This document shows positions 9,573 through 19,167 of a DNA stretch of 64,000 nucleotides, one piece after another; the first letter of the stretch is position 1; the number at the start of each line of letters is the position of its first letter. The translations under genes were made by a program, and so were the position numbers. Location: the NCBI GenBank assembly GCA_013288335.1, contig JABDCC010000001.1:38862-102861 (forward strand), given 5' to 3'. This DNA comes from Alphaproteobacteria bacterium. GTDB taxonomy: Bacteria > Pseudomonadota > Alphaproteobacteria > Rickettsiales > JABCZZ01. Under the pieces are notes generated by a model. It worked only from the letters and a program-made list of their open reading frames with translations. It had not been told where the DNA came from and did no database searches.

Positions 9573-11003
9573 TTATTTTGGATTCACTGCTTTATCATCA
9601 TGCAGATTCCAGCCGCCGCCGAGCGCTTTGATAAGTGCAATTCGTGCATTGATACGGCGAGTGAGGATGTCGTTTGAGGCAAGCTCTGCTTGAAGCGCGG
9701 TATTCTGAGAAACCACTACATCCAAATACGTTGCAATGCCGCCTTTATAGCGATCTTGGGCTTGAGTAAGCGCTTTCTCAGCGGCTTCCGTGGCTGCAGT
9801 CTGGCTTGTATTTTCCTGCTCCAACTGTTTGATGGCGACGAGATTATCTTCTGCTTCTTTGAAAGCGGTAAGTACCGTTTCGCGGTAATTGGCAATCGTT
9901 TCATTATAAGCAGCGCGTGCCTGATCGTTCATCGCGTGAATTTTTCCGGCGTCAAATAGTGTCATTACCGCGCTTGGCCCAAGCGACCAGAACTGGCTCG
10001 GTGCATTAAACAATGTGGAGCGGGTAATGCTTTCAAAACCAAACATAGCATCGAGGCTTATGGTAGGGAAGTAAGCGGCGCGGGCAACGCCAATCTCGGC
10101 ATTGGCAGAGGAAACCCGGCGTTCTGCGGCAGCAATATCCGGGCGGCGCTCCAGCAACGTGGAGGGTAAGCCCGCATCAATTGTTGGAGCTTCGCTGACT
10201 ATGGTTACGGGGTCAATTTTAAAAGAAGACGGCATCTCACCCACGAGTATGGCGATCGCATGTTCCATTTGCGCGCGTTGTAATGCAGATTCCGCACTTT
10301 GTGTTTTGGCATTTTCTAATTGTGTTTTCGCCTGATCCACATCCGCTTCTGAAGCTATACCGCCATTATGACGGTCATTGGTGAGGTCGTATGCTTTCTG
10401 GTAAGCATCAATAGCTTTGCCAAGTATAACTTGTGCTTTATCAAGTGCGCGCAGATTAAAATAATCGGTGGCGAGTTCTGCGTGGATACTTAAATCCAGC
10501 ACCGCTTTATCAGCAGCGCTTGCTTGTGCAAGATTACCGGCGGCTTTGGCGGAATTGCGCACGCGCCCCCAGATATCAAGCTCATAGGATAAATCCACGC
10601 CCACTATATTTTCGTTATAGAGTGAAAGTGTTGTCTGTGAGGTAATATTATGGGAAAGCTGATTGCGGCTTTCACTGGCATTTGCAGTCACGGTGGGAAA
10701 ATAAGCAGCATTGGCTTGCGTTGCAACGGCACGTGCCTGATCATAACGTGCAATGGCAGCTTTTAAATCCTGGTTTGAACTTGCAACTTTGCTTTCCAGA
10801 TCATTTAATTTTTCATCACCGAATATTTTCCACCACTCTCCACGCTCTATAGCATCTGCGGGTTTTGCAAGTTGCCAATCTTTGTTTTCCTTATAGGCCT
10901 CTGGAATAGGTGCGGTACTGGGTTGTGTATATTTGGGCGCAAGTGAACAGGAGGCTAATGTCCCAAATAACAGTGCGCCCAGAATAAGATTTCTGAATAT
11001 CAC
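9573..11003 (-). CDS. RND outer-membrane factor lipoprotein (NodT/OprM family)
   Basis: Lipobox LASC; WWKIFGD..LN.L; LPSTLLERRPDI; L.KALGGGW. Confidence 0.93.
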   Translation of the reverse strand: MIFRNLILGALLFGTLASCSLAPKYTQPSTAPIPEAYKENKDWQLAKPADAIERGEWWKIFGDEKLNDLESKVASSNQDLKAAIARYDQARAVATQANAAYFPTVTANASESRNQLSHNITSQTTLSLYNENIVGVDLSYELDIWGRVRNSAKAAGNLAQASAADKAVLDLSIHAELATDYFNLRALDKAQVILGKAIDAYQKAYDLTNDRHNGGIASEADVDQAKTQLENAKTQSAESALQRAQMEHAIAILVGEMPSSFKIDPVTIVSEAPTIDAGLPSTLLERRPDIAAAERRVSSANAEIGVARAAYFPTISLDAMFGFESITRSTLFNAPSQFWSLGPSAVMTLFDAGKIHAMNDQARAAYNETIANYRETVLTAFKEAEDNLVAIKQLEQENTSQTAATEAAEKALTQAQDRYKGGIATYLDVVVSQNTALQAELASNDILTRRINARIALIKALGGGWNLHDDKAVNPK

Positions 11004-12154
11004 TTTTTCATGTCCTTATCGTCATGCTTGTCAGCGGCCTCGGCAACACGGACTGCCTGTCCATTACTCAGCGAATCGGGAGGATTTACGATAACGATCT
11101 CCTGCGGCTCAATGCCGGAAAGTATTTCCACGGAATTGCCAAAGTCGCGCCCCATTTTAACGGATTTGAGCAACACTTTGTTGTTTGCATCTATCGTTGC
11201 TACCTGCAAACCTTCTTTGCGGAAAAGCAAGGCGTTTACCGGTAGGCGGATATTAGTGTCGTGGGCTGCAAGCTTCATATGTACATCGGCAAACCCACCG
11301 GGGAGTATTTCATACTTATTATTCTCTACCAAAAATTCAATCAGCTCTGTTCTCGTCGTATTATCGATTCCCTCGGCGGTATGGTATAATGTCGCCTTGT
11401 AACTATGATCGGAATGTTCGGTAAATGTGATATCGGCTTCCATATCCGGCGTAATCGCATAGGCATAATTTTCCGGAACGCTTACATAGACGCGCAGTTT
11501 ATTATGTTGCGATAACTGAAACAGAACTTGCCCGGTAGTGCTTCCGGAGTTTATCAGCGCGCCGATATCGGTAAGCCGGGCGGTCACCACCCCATCAAAA
11601 GGAGCAACAACACGTTTGAAAGATTCCAGATCTTTCAAGCGATCGACATTGGCTTGTGCGGAAGCAAGTGCAGCGGCCTTTGCTTTCGCATCACCGATTT
11701 TTTCATCGGTTTCCTGTTTGGATACCGAGTCAGTTTTTAAAAGCGCTTCCCAGCGTGTGGCGGTGATTTGTGCCAGATCGTTATTAGCTTTTGCAGTTGC
11801 CAGATCGGCTATGGCCTGATGGAGTTGTGCATCTATTTCAGGGGTGTCGATTTCGGCCATAAGTTGCCCGGTTTTTACATGGGTACCCATGCCGGTATAC
11901 CATTGTTTCAGATAGCCATTGGTGCGCGCATAAATCGGTGCTTCATGCCAGGGGCGTACATTTCCGGGCAGTACAATTTCTTCACTCGCAGGCCCACCTG
12001 GTGCTTTAATCACATTCACTGTGGTTATCGCCTGATCCTGAGTGCGATCATTTAATGCTCTCGCGGCGTGGATGCGCATGCCAATGAGGGTGAATGCTAT
12101 CAGTAACATTAGAATAGCAAATAATATTCTTTTTTTCTTTAAATGCTTAGCCAT
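11000..12154 (-). CDS. RND periplasmic adaptor (MFP)
   Basis: IYARTNGYL, APFDGVVTAR, GRDFG; ATGA/GTGA-type overlap with the OMF gene. Confidence 0.93.
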   Translation of the reverse strand: MAKHLKKKRILFAILMLLIAFTLIGMRIHAARALNDRTQDQAITTVNVIKAPGGPASEEIVLPGNVRPWHEAPIYARTNGYLKQWYTGMGTHVKTGQLMAEIDTPEIDAQLHQAIADLATAKANNDLAQITATRWEALLKTDSVSKQETDEKIGDAKAKAAALASAQANVDRLKDLESFKRVVAPFDGVVTARLTDIGALINSGSTTGQVLFQLSQHNKLRVYVSVPENYAYAITPDMEADITFTEHSDHSYKATLYHTAEGIDNTTRTELIEFLVENNKYEILPGGFADVHMKLAAHDTNIRLPVNALLFRKEGLQVATIDANNKVLLKSVKMGRDFGNSVEILSGIEPQEIVIVNPPDSLSNGQAVRVAEAADKHDDKDMKK

Positions 12155-15100
12155 TGTAATTCTCCTGTTGCGTAGCGTGTCCGCCGTTCTTCAGTCTTCT
12201 GCGTTCATGAATCAGACAGAAGACCGCAGGCACAAAAAACAGAGTTGAAATGGTTGCAAAAGCAAGCCCGCCAATAACGGCGCGCCCGAGCGGTGCATTC
12301 TGTTCACCGCCATCACCAAGACCAAGCGCCATTGGAATCATACCGATGATCATGGCGAGTGCCGTCATAATGACTGGGCGCAGACGTGTGTAGCCCGCTT
12401 CAAGCGATGCGGTTATAGCATCGTCACCATGTGACATACGTTCACGCGCGAAGCTTACAATTAAAATACTGTTTGCGGTGGCAACACCCATACACATGAT
12501 AGCGCCGGTGAGTGCCGGAACACTGAGCGTCGTATGGCTTAAGAATAACATCCAGACAATACCTGCAATAGCGGCAGGAAGTGCGGTGATAATGATAAAC
12601 GGATCTGTCCAGGACTGGAAGTTAATCACGATGAGTAAGTAGACTAGAAGAATCGCAAATACTAGTCCGCTGTAAAGACCGCTGAACGAAGCCTCACGTG
12701 TCTGCATTTGTCCGCGTGCTCTTACGCGCGAACCTTTAGGCACATCTTTTTCTGTGTCGGAAATTATTTTATCAATATCTCTTCCCACCGCACCTAAATC
12801 GCGGTCTTCCACGGCTGCAAAAATATCAATGACGGGCTGAACGTTATAATGTGAAACGACAGCGGGGCCTGCGCCACGCGAAACATCCGATACTGCACCA
12901 AGCAATTGTGGGGCAGCATTCGCATGGCCGGTGATGGGGATATTACGAAGCGCATCAATCGAATCCAGATCGTGTTGCGGAGTCTGAGTAACGATAGAAT
13001 AAGACACACCATTTTTGGGATTAAGCCAGAATGTAGGCGCGGTCTGGAAACTGCCCGAAAGCGAGATAAGCATATCACTTGCAACATCAAGTGCTGTAAG
13101 CCCCAGCTCTTGTGCGCGTGTTCGATCAAGGGTGACATGCAGTTCAGGATTATCGGAAACCTGCTGAATTCTGGCATCGGCAATACCTGAGACATGACGG
13201 ATTTTATCGTAAAGCATATCAGCATATTTTTTGTTGGCATCGTCGTTAAGACCAATTACCTGTACATCAATCGGCGAGGGCAGGCCGAAATTAAGAATCT
13301 GGCTCACGATGTCGGCAGGCAAAAACGAGAAGGTAACGCCGGGCATGGCTTTTGGCAGGGTCTGGCGCAGCTGGCGCACATAGTCAGGGGTAGGGTGATG
13401 ATCGGGAGAAAGTGAGATAAGAATATCGGCGTCACTGGAGCCTATCGGTGCTGAGTTGCTGTAAGAAAGGTTGGTTCCGCTTATCGGCAAGCCGACATTA
13501 TCTACCACACGTGCCAGTTCTTTTTCAGGAATGACTTTGCGTATCTGATTGTCGATCTCTTCGCATAATTTTGCGGTTTCTTCTACACGTAATCCGGTAT
13601 GAGCGTGGATATGAAGTTTAATCTCGCCGCCGTCGACGCCTGGAAAAAAGTCGGAGCCGAGCCACGGAGCAAGTATTAATAAAGAAGCGACTATGAAGCC
13701 CAAGAAACAACTGATAAAAAGCCCACGATGTTCAAGTGTTAAAGCGAGTTTCTGGTGATAGAATTCACGAAGCTTCTCAAATTTATGCTCAAAACTTGCC
13801 TGCAGGCGGGCAAATATATTTTTGCGCATGTGCTGCACTTCATGATCATGAGGTGTGTCATGTGCCTTAAGCCAGTACATTGCCAGAGTCGGAACCAATG
13901 TGCGCGATAACACATACGAAGCAAGCATGGCGAACACCACTGCTTCTGCCAAAGGAATAAATAGAAACCTTGAAACGCCGGTTAAGAAAAACATCGGCAC
14001 GAACACAATGCAGATACATAAGGTTGAGACCAATGCTGGTATAGCGATCTGCTGCGCTCCATCTAAAATTGCTTCCTGTACTTCTTTTCCCTGTTCTAAG
14101 TGCCAGTTGATATTTTCGATAGCAACGGTTGCATCATCAACCAATATACCGACCGCAAGCGCGAGACCGCCCAGCGTCATAATGTTAATAGTTTGTCCAA
14201 GCGCGGATAGCAGGATTATGGAAGCCAGCACGGAGAGGGGAATAGATAAAGTAATAATGAGTGTGCTGCGCCAGCTACCAAGAAACAGCAATATCATAAG
14301 TCCGGTAAGCACGGCGGCAATAATACCTTCGCGTATTACCCCATCAATGGCACCACGCACGAAAATAGATTGATCGCTTATTGCCTGCAGAGTTATTTCC
14401 GGTGGAATCATATCCCGAAGATGTGGTATTAAATTTTTAATGCGGTCAATAATATCCAGTGTCGACGAGTTTCCGGTTTTAAGAATGGACATCAGCATGG
14501 CGCGGTGATTGTCCATATGCACGATGTTGGTCTGCGGAGCAAATCCATCGCGGACATGCGCAACGTCTTTGATATAGAGCGTTGTATCACCATCGGCTTT
14601 TACAGGTAGGTTATTGAGCTCATCCACCACTGTTGGGCTGGCATTGAGCTTCACTGTATATTCGTATTCACCAATCTTTTCTGTGCCCGCAGGTAAAATC
14701 AGATTCTGCGCGCCGATGGCATTGCTGACATCTTGCGCTGAAATGCCGTGTGCTTGCATCGCTTTCTGATTTAAATCCACCTGGATTTGTGGACTTTTGC
14801 CGCCATAAGGGTAGGGAAGCGCTGCGCCCTGTATGGTAGCAAGTTGTGTGCGGATAATGTTATTGCCGAAGTCAAAAAGCTCCTGTTCGGAATATTTTGT
14901 ACTCGAAAGCGCAAGCTGAATCACCGGAACGGTGGATGCATTGTAGCTCAAGATCAGCGGCGGTGTGGTGCCGGGCGGTAATTGGCGCAGCATCGTCTGG
15001 GCAATCGCAGTAACCTGACTCAATGCAATATTTATATTAACAACAGGTTGAAAATATACCTTGATAACGGAAACCCCTTGCAAGGACTGGGATTCTATAT

Positions 15101-15338
15101 GTTCAATATCGGTCACTGTAACCGTTAGCGCGCGCTCAAAATTTGCAGTAATGCGGTTGCCCATTTCGTCTGGCGGCAAGCCACTATAACTCCAGACTAT
15201 GCTTACAACCGGAATGCCGATATTAGGAAAAATATCAATGGGGGTTCGCATGATGGTAAGCGGGCCCATAATGAGCAAAAGCAGAGCCAGCACAATGAAT
15301 GTGTATGGCCGCGTCAGTGCTATTTTAACAATCCACAT
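12147..15338 (-). CDS. RND efflux permease
   Basis: 1063 aa; GGLALAVGILVDDATVAIENI; RLRPVIMTALAMIIGMIP. Confidence 0.95.
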   Translation of the reverse strand: MWIVKIALTRPYTFIVLALLLLIMGPLTIMRTPIDIFPNIGIPVVSIVWSYSGLPPDEMGNRITANFERALTVTVTDIEHIESQSLQGVSVIKVYFQPVVNINIALSQVTAIAQTMLRQLPPGTTPPLILSYNASTVPVIQLALSSTKYSEQELFDFGNNIIRTQLATIQGAALPYPYGGKSPQIQVDLNQKAMQAHGISAQDVSNAIGAQNLILPAGTEKIGEYEYTVKLNASPTVVDELNNLPVKADGDTTLYIKDVAHVRDGFAPQTNIVHMDNHRAMLMSILKTGNSSTLDIIDRIKNLIPHLRDMIPPEITLQAISDQSIFVRGAIDGVIREGIIAAVLTGLMILLFLGSWRSTLIITLSIPLSVLASIILLSALGQTINIMTLGGLALAVGILVDDATVAIENINWHLEQGKEVQEAILDGAQQIAIPALVSTLCICIVFVPMFFLTGVSRFLFIPLAEAVVFAMLASYVLSRTLVPTLAMYWLKAHDTPHDHEVQHMRKNIFARLQASFEHKFEKLREFYHQKLALTLEHRGLFISCFLGFIVASLLILAPWLGSDFFPGVDGGEIKLHIHAHTGLRVEETAKLCEEIDNQIRKVIPEKELARVVDNVGLPISGTNLSYSNSAPIGSSDADILISLSPDHHPTPDYVRQLRQTLPKAMPGVTFSFLPADIVSQILNFGLPSPIDVQVIGLNDDANKKYADMLYDKIRHVSGIADARIQQVSDNPELHVTLDRTRAQELGLTALDVASDMLISLSGSFQTAPTFWLNPKNGVSYSIVTQTPQHDLDSIDALRNIPITGHANAAPQLLGAVSDVSRGAGPAVVSHYNVQPVIDIFAAVEDRDLGAVGRDIDKIISDTEKDVPKGSRVRARGQMQTREASFSGLYSGLVFAILLVYLLIVINFQSWTDPFIIITALPAAIAGIVWMLFLSHTTLSVPALTGAIMCMGVATANSILIVSFARERMSHGDDAITASLEAGYTRLRPVIMTALAMIIGMIPMALGLGDGGEQNAPLGRAVIGGLAFATISTLFFVPAVFCLIHERRRLKNGGHATQQENYNG

Positions 15339-15339
15339 C

Positions 15340-15807
15340 TTACTTTTCCGGTTTTTTGTCCGATATTTTTGTATTAAATTTGGTAAGCAACATTATGAGT
15401 GTATCGGTCTCTTCTTTGCTGAAATCCGTAAACCATTCATTATATTGCTGAACTACAACAGGGATAAGTGATTCTACCACTTTCTTGCCATGCGGGGTTA
15501 TGGCCAGTTTTACTACCCTGCGATCGGTGGTGCTGCGTTGCCTCTTAAGTAGTTTCCTTTTTTCGAGCTGATCAATAACCCGTGTAATAGCACCGCTATC
15601 ATAGCGCATGACCCCACACAAATCTGCACAGGTCACTGCCAGCTCATCGCGCAGATTCATTAAAATCACATACTGGATAAATGTCAGATCTTTCTCAGCA
15701 AACAATGCTTCAATTTTACAGGTAATGATCGCGCTGCTATGGCGGACTAAATACCCGATGCTGCGCCGAGCATCATACCTCTTCGCATTATAGTAATGCC
15801 CCACCAT
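15340..15807 (-). CDS. MarR family regulator
   Basis: DSGAITRVIDQLEKR.L..R.RS..DRRVV.L.IT..G; heads the RND operon. Confidence 0.92.
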   Translation of the reverse strand: MVGHYYNAKRYDARRSIGYLVRHSSAIITCKIEALFAEKDLTFIQYVILMNLRDELAVTCADLCGVMRYDSGAITRVIDQLEKRKLLKRQRSTTDRRVVKLAITPHGKKVVESLIPVVVQQYNEWFTDFSKEETDTLIMLLTKFNTKISDKKPEK

Positions 15808-15812
15808 TTTTT

Positions 15813-15839
15813 CTGCCTCAACAGTAACTGCCTAGGCAG
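15813..15839. promoter_or_regulatory. Probable MarR operator pair
   Basis: Perfect palindrome ctgcctaggcag (15828-15839) and degenerate copy ctgcctcaacag (15813-15824) just upstream of marR. Confidence 0.65.
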
Positions 15840-15889
15840 ACAATATAACAAAATACCGCATTATTGTCTAGTGTTGGTTTTATATAGCT

Positions 15890-17020
15890 TTAGGGAGCGT
15901 AGTTTTCGGAAGTATCGTCACTGCCACCAAAGAAATTGCTGAACCAGCCTGAAATGCCACCGCTACTGTTTTTATTAGCGTCAGCATTAATCACTGGCTT
16001 GGCAATGCGCTCAGATTTAGTCGGTTGGGGTGGTGCTTGCGCTGGTACCACAGTCGCCGGAGCAGTTGCAGCCTGAGATGCTACAGGAGCAGAATTATTA
16101 AAGATACGTGGTGGCACTGGCGTCTGATCATTATACACAACCGATTTTGGCGAAATGGTATTATCATGCGGACCATCTCTACGTGCGAGATATTCTGCTA
16201 TAGCCCTTTTGCCAGCTGCCTCATCGGCAAAGCTCCAGGTTCCTTTAATCGCCCCTTCCATGATCAGCGAATACAGCCCGGTTTCTATAGCTTGGCGCAC
16301 GGCAATTTGGCTCGGTTCATTGACGGAATATCCGGTTTCGATCTCAAGTAGTTTATCGATGGATAAATAGCGCGTGACGCTTGCATCCAGTGCATAGGAA
16401 AACACGGTCTTTGAGCTGTTGACTGCGAGAATAACCTGTCCGGTGCTTACGTTGACTGCGCGCAAATACACTGTCACGATATCACGGCTATATTGTGCGG
16501 AACCGGAAAGGCCAAAATAGCCAGCGGCGGCACCGCCGGTGATGGCATTGGAGTCGTAGAAAATAATTCCACCTTCGATTAGCATACCGCCGTAAACAAG
16601 GGGTGGCAGCTCGGGGAGTCTTGTGCCATTGGGATTGGTATAATCAGAACGCTCCGTACGTATAATCTGACGTTCTTTGAGCAAGTTATTCAGGCTGCCG
16701 CGTTCCGCGACCATAAACCAATTGCCATTGCCGGTATCAAGCAAAGCTTTGGTCAGTACCGAAAGCCCCCCTTTGGTCACAGAACTTGAGAAATTTGCAA
16801 AACCGGTACTTTCTTTGAACTGTCCGGTTTGATCCTGAAAGTCATATACCGCAACCGGGATCTGATTTTTTGGCAAAGGAAGATCAGCAAGCAATATGCT
16901 GGCTTGCGTAGTATCCGTGACCTGCGCTTCATTGCTCAAATTATTTTTATAAAGACTGGAAGCACTGCAGCCATTAAGCAGCAAAGCACTTACTACGACG
17001 AGAGGGATTATATTTTTCAT
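15890..17020 (-). CDS. csgG: Curli secretion pore CsgG, with C-terminal low-complexity extension
   Basis: Lipobox LNGC; VAVYDFQDQTGQFK, WF.V.ERGSLNNLLKERQII, IEGGIIFYD.N..TGG, LEIETGYSVNEP. Confidence 0.95.
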   Translation of the reverse strand: MKNIIPLVVVSALLLNGCSASSLYKNNLSNEAQVTDTTQASILLADLPLPKNQIPVAVYDFQDQTGQFKESTGFANFSSSVTKGGLSVLTKALLDTGNGNWFMVAERGSLNNLLKERQIIRTERSDYTNPNGTRLPELPPLVYGGMLIEGGIIFYDSNAITGGAAAGYFGLSGSAQYSRDIVTVYLRAVNVSTGQVILAVNSSKTVFSYALDASVTRYLSIDKLLEIETGYSVNEPSQIAVRQAIETGLYSLIMEGAIKGTWSFADEAAGKRAIAEYLARRDGPHDNTISPKSVVYNDQTPVPPRIFNNSAPVASQAATAPATVVPAQAPPQPTKSERIAKPVINADANKNSSGGISGWFSNFFGGSDDTSENYAP

Positions 17021-17031
17021 TATTTTTATTA

Positions 17032-17430
17032 CTAGCTGATGGGGAAAGAAATAGTGGTAATCTGACCATCCAGATCGTGGATAACAATAGTGCGAATACC
17101 ACCGCTTGTAGTGTATGTAGCAAAAGAGCCATCACCAAATTGAACGGTTCCTGAACTTGTAGCATTGCCAGTTAATTGTTGCTGTAGTGTTATAGAAATA
17201 CCGCTTAAAACACCTTGTTTCACTATCTCGGCGTCCGATAATGATGTATTGGGGCTGCTGGCTGCCGGTTTTGTAAGATTTGCAAGATTGGCTATATTGG
17301 GCCCGTTATTCGGATCGGCGGTGGGTGTAATATCAGGATTTATTCCATGATAGACCAGTTCGGAGGCATATACTGTTCCACTCAGCGCTAACGACACTGA
17401 AAGTATTGCTATTATAGGTATAAGCTTCAT
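17032..17430 (-). CDS. csgF: Curli assembly protein CsgF (divergent)
   Basis: Signal peptide; mature SELVY..INP...PNNG; C-terminal GT.QFGD...I.I.D.DGQ.TTI..P; directly upstream of csgG. Confidence 0.8.
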   Translation of the reverse strand: MKLIPIIAILSVSLALSGTVYASELVYHGINPDITPTADPNNGPNIANLANLTKPAASSPNTSLSDAEIVKQGVLSGISITLQQQLTGNATSSGTVQFGDGSFATYTTSGGIRTIVIHDLDGQITTISFPIS

Positions 17431-17442
17431 GAGTCCTTCCTT

Positions 17443-18003
17443 TTACTTTGTCGTGTCTTCTATGACTTTATCATTCTGAATGACGCGAGAATGATTGTAG
17501 TTGCCCGTTTGCTTGCGCGCAACTTCATTATTATTTTGTCCGGTCTGTTTAATTAAAATATCATTACTGTTTCCCTCCTGAGAAATGGAGGCTTTATTGC
17601 CCGTAAGATTAATCTTACCTGATTTTTTTATTTCAGGAGCATTAACCTTCTTAGCCACGTTTTGTTGAGTAGCATCTTTCTGGTCGGTGAGCGCCTGTGC
17701 CCGTGCGGGTGCAGAAGTATAAGGATTTGCCAATATGGATTTCTGATAATCCGAAGTAGCATTCCCCGAAGGAGGATAACCCAGCGGCGGGTTTGGATTT
17801 TTCTGATTATCATTCGGAAATGGCGGGGCATCTTTATCCGACTGATGAACCTGTATAGCATTGTTCGCGCCGGACTGATTTATTTCAATACTACCCGAAC
17901 CAAGTTGCTCGATATCAACAGAATTGGCGGCTGATAAGGATGTTGCGCTGAATAAGAGCATAATTAAAGCGGGGATAAAATTACAAACAACCCAAAACTT
18001 CAT
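17443..18003 (-). CDS. Curlin-repeat protein interrupted by an ~80-aa Pro-rich insert
   Basis: Signal peptide; Q-x-G-x-x-N half-repeats at both ends (EQLGSG, NQSGANN / SQEGNSN, KQTGQNN, KQTGNYN). Confidence 0.75.
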   Translation of the reverse strand: MKFWVVCNFIPALIMLLFSATSLSAANSVDIEQLGSGSIEINQSGANNAIQVHQSDKDAPPFPNDNQKNPNPPLGYPPSGNATSDYQKSILANPYTSAPARAQALTDQKDATQQNVAKKVNAPEIKKSGKINLTGNKASISQEGNSNDILIKQTGQNNNEVARKQTGNYNHSRVIQNDKVIEDTTK

Positions 18004-18012
18004 AATACATTA

Positions 18013-18615
18013 TTATAAGTGCTGGCTTATGGTGATACTCTTGTTATTACCATTTTGGGTAATATGGCTTATAAAACCATTGCCGACCTGGGATTTATTG
18101 ATGGTGTCATTATTGCCATTCTGCACGTCGGCAGAATTATTATTGTTTCCGGTCTGTCTTACTTCATCAGTGTCGTTATTGCCGGTTTGAGAAGAGTGTA
18201 TAATATTACCATTTCCTGCTTGTGCGCTCGAAAATCTGTCAAAATTTCCGTTCTGTGCCAGTAAAATCTCATTTGCGGTGCCATCTTGTATTGCAGCGGC
18301 ATAATTGCTTGCACCAAGCTGTGAAATACCTGCTAAATTGTTGCTGCCCGTCTGCGTTATAGAAGCGCTATTGCTATCACCATTTTGCAATATACCTGCT
18401 TTGTTGCTGCTGCCTGTTTGGTGAATAGTAGCAAAGTTAGCTGTACCTGTTTGCGATATTCCGGACACGTTAGCACTACCGTTCTGCGCGCTGGCGGCGC
18501 TATTTCCATTTCCAACCTGGGCAATGGCGATGGTATTATCATCTGCCAGGGACTCAGCGGCTGTCAGTAAAACTGCCATTGCAGCAATAGTACCAATAAA
18601 ACACAGTAATTTCAT
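18013..18615 (-). CDS. Curlin subunit (CsgA/CsgB-like), about 15 11-residue half-repeats
   Basis: Signal peptide then regular Q-x-G-x-x-N-x-A periodicity. Confidence 0.9.
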   Translation of the reverse strand: MKLLCFIGTIAAMAVLLTAAESLADDNTIAIAQVGNGNSAASAQNGSANVSGISQTGTANFATIHQTGSSNKAGILQNGDSNSASITQTGSNNLAGISQLGASNYAAAIQDGTANEILLAQNGNFDRFSSAQAGNGNIIHSSQTGNNDTDEVRQTGNNNNSADVQNGNNDTINKSQVGNGFISHITQNGNNKSITISQHL

Positions 18616-18642
18616 GTTTGTACACCAACTTAAAATTTAAGG

Positions 18643-18667
18643 TCCGCCCCCGCTAAGCAGGGGCGGA
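18643..18667 (-). terminator. Intercistronic GC-rich stem-loop after the first curlin gene
   Basis: tccgcccc-cgctaagca-ggggcgga; no clear U tract, so possibly an mRNA-stabilising or attenuating hairpin. Confidence 0.65.
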
Positions 18668-18683
18668 AATTCAACTCAGCTTA

Positions 18684-19139
18684 TTATTTCTGAGACGCAG
18701 CTGCGTAGTTTTTTGAACCATTCTGGCTGATAGAAACAGTAGAATAGTTAGTGTTCTGGTTTATGCTTGCAGTATCACTTATGCCGTTCTGGTTAAGTTT
18801 AGCAGAATTGGTGTTACCAATAGTATAGATGGAACCATAGTTATCGCTGCCATTCTGGGTTGCGCCGACCGAGCTATTGGCAGTGCTTGGCTCAAGAACG
18901 CCGTATTTTCCTTCAGAAACGGACAGGGTATTGTTCGATCCGGTCTGATTGAGTACAGCATATTCGTTGCCACCGTTTTGGTTTAGTGAAGCATAATCTT
19001 TGAAACCAGATTGGTTCACTTTTGCAGACTGGAAACTGCCAACCTGTCTGATAATGATGCCATCGCTGTCAGCAAAAGCTGCGAATGATGTTACAGTGAG
19101 GGCAGATGCAGTAAGTGCAGCTAAAACGAAATTTTTCAT
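18684..19139 (-). CDS. Probable major curlin subunit (CsgA-like)
   Basis: 151 aa; signal peptide ending AFA; Q-x-G-x-x-N/D half-repeats; first in operon and followed by a hairpin. Confidence 0.85.
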   Translation of the reverse strand: MKNFVLAALTASALTVTSFAAFADSDGIIIRQVGSFQSAKVNQSGFKDYASLNQNGGNEYAVLNQTGSNNTLSVSEGKYGVLEPSTANSSVGATQNGSDNYGSIYTIGNTNSAKLNQNGISDTASINQNTNYSTVSISQNGSKNYAAASQK

Positions 19140-19167
19140 TGTTTAATTCCTTGAGGTTGAAGTTAAA

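Noticed and set aside
8388-15807. marR-RND-OMF-metallophosphoesterase cluster as a novel system
   Set aside because: Common proteobacterial efflux arrangement with nothing unusual in the sequence.
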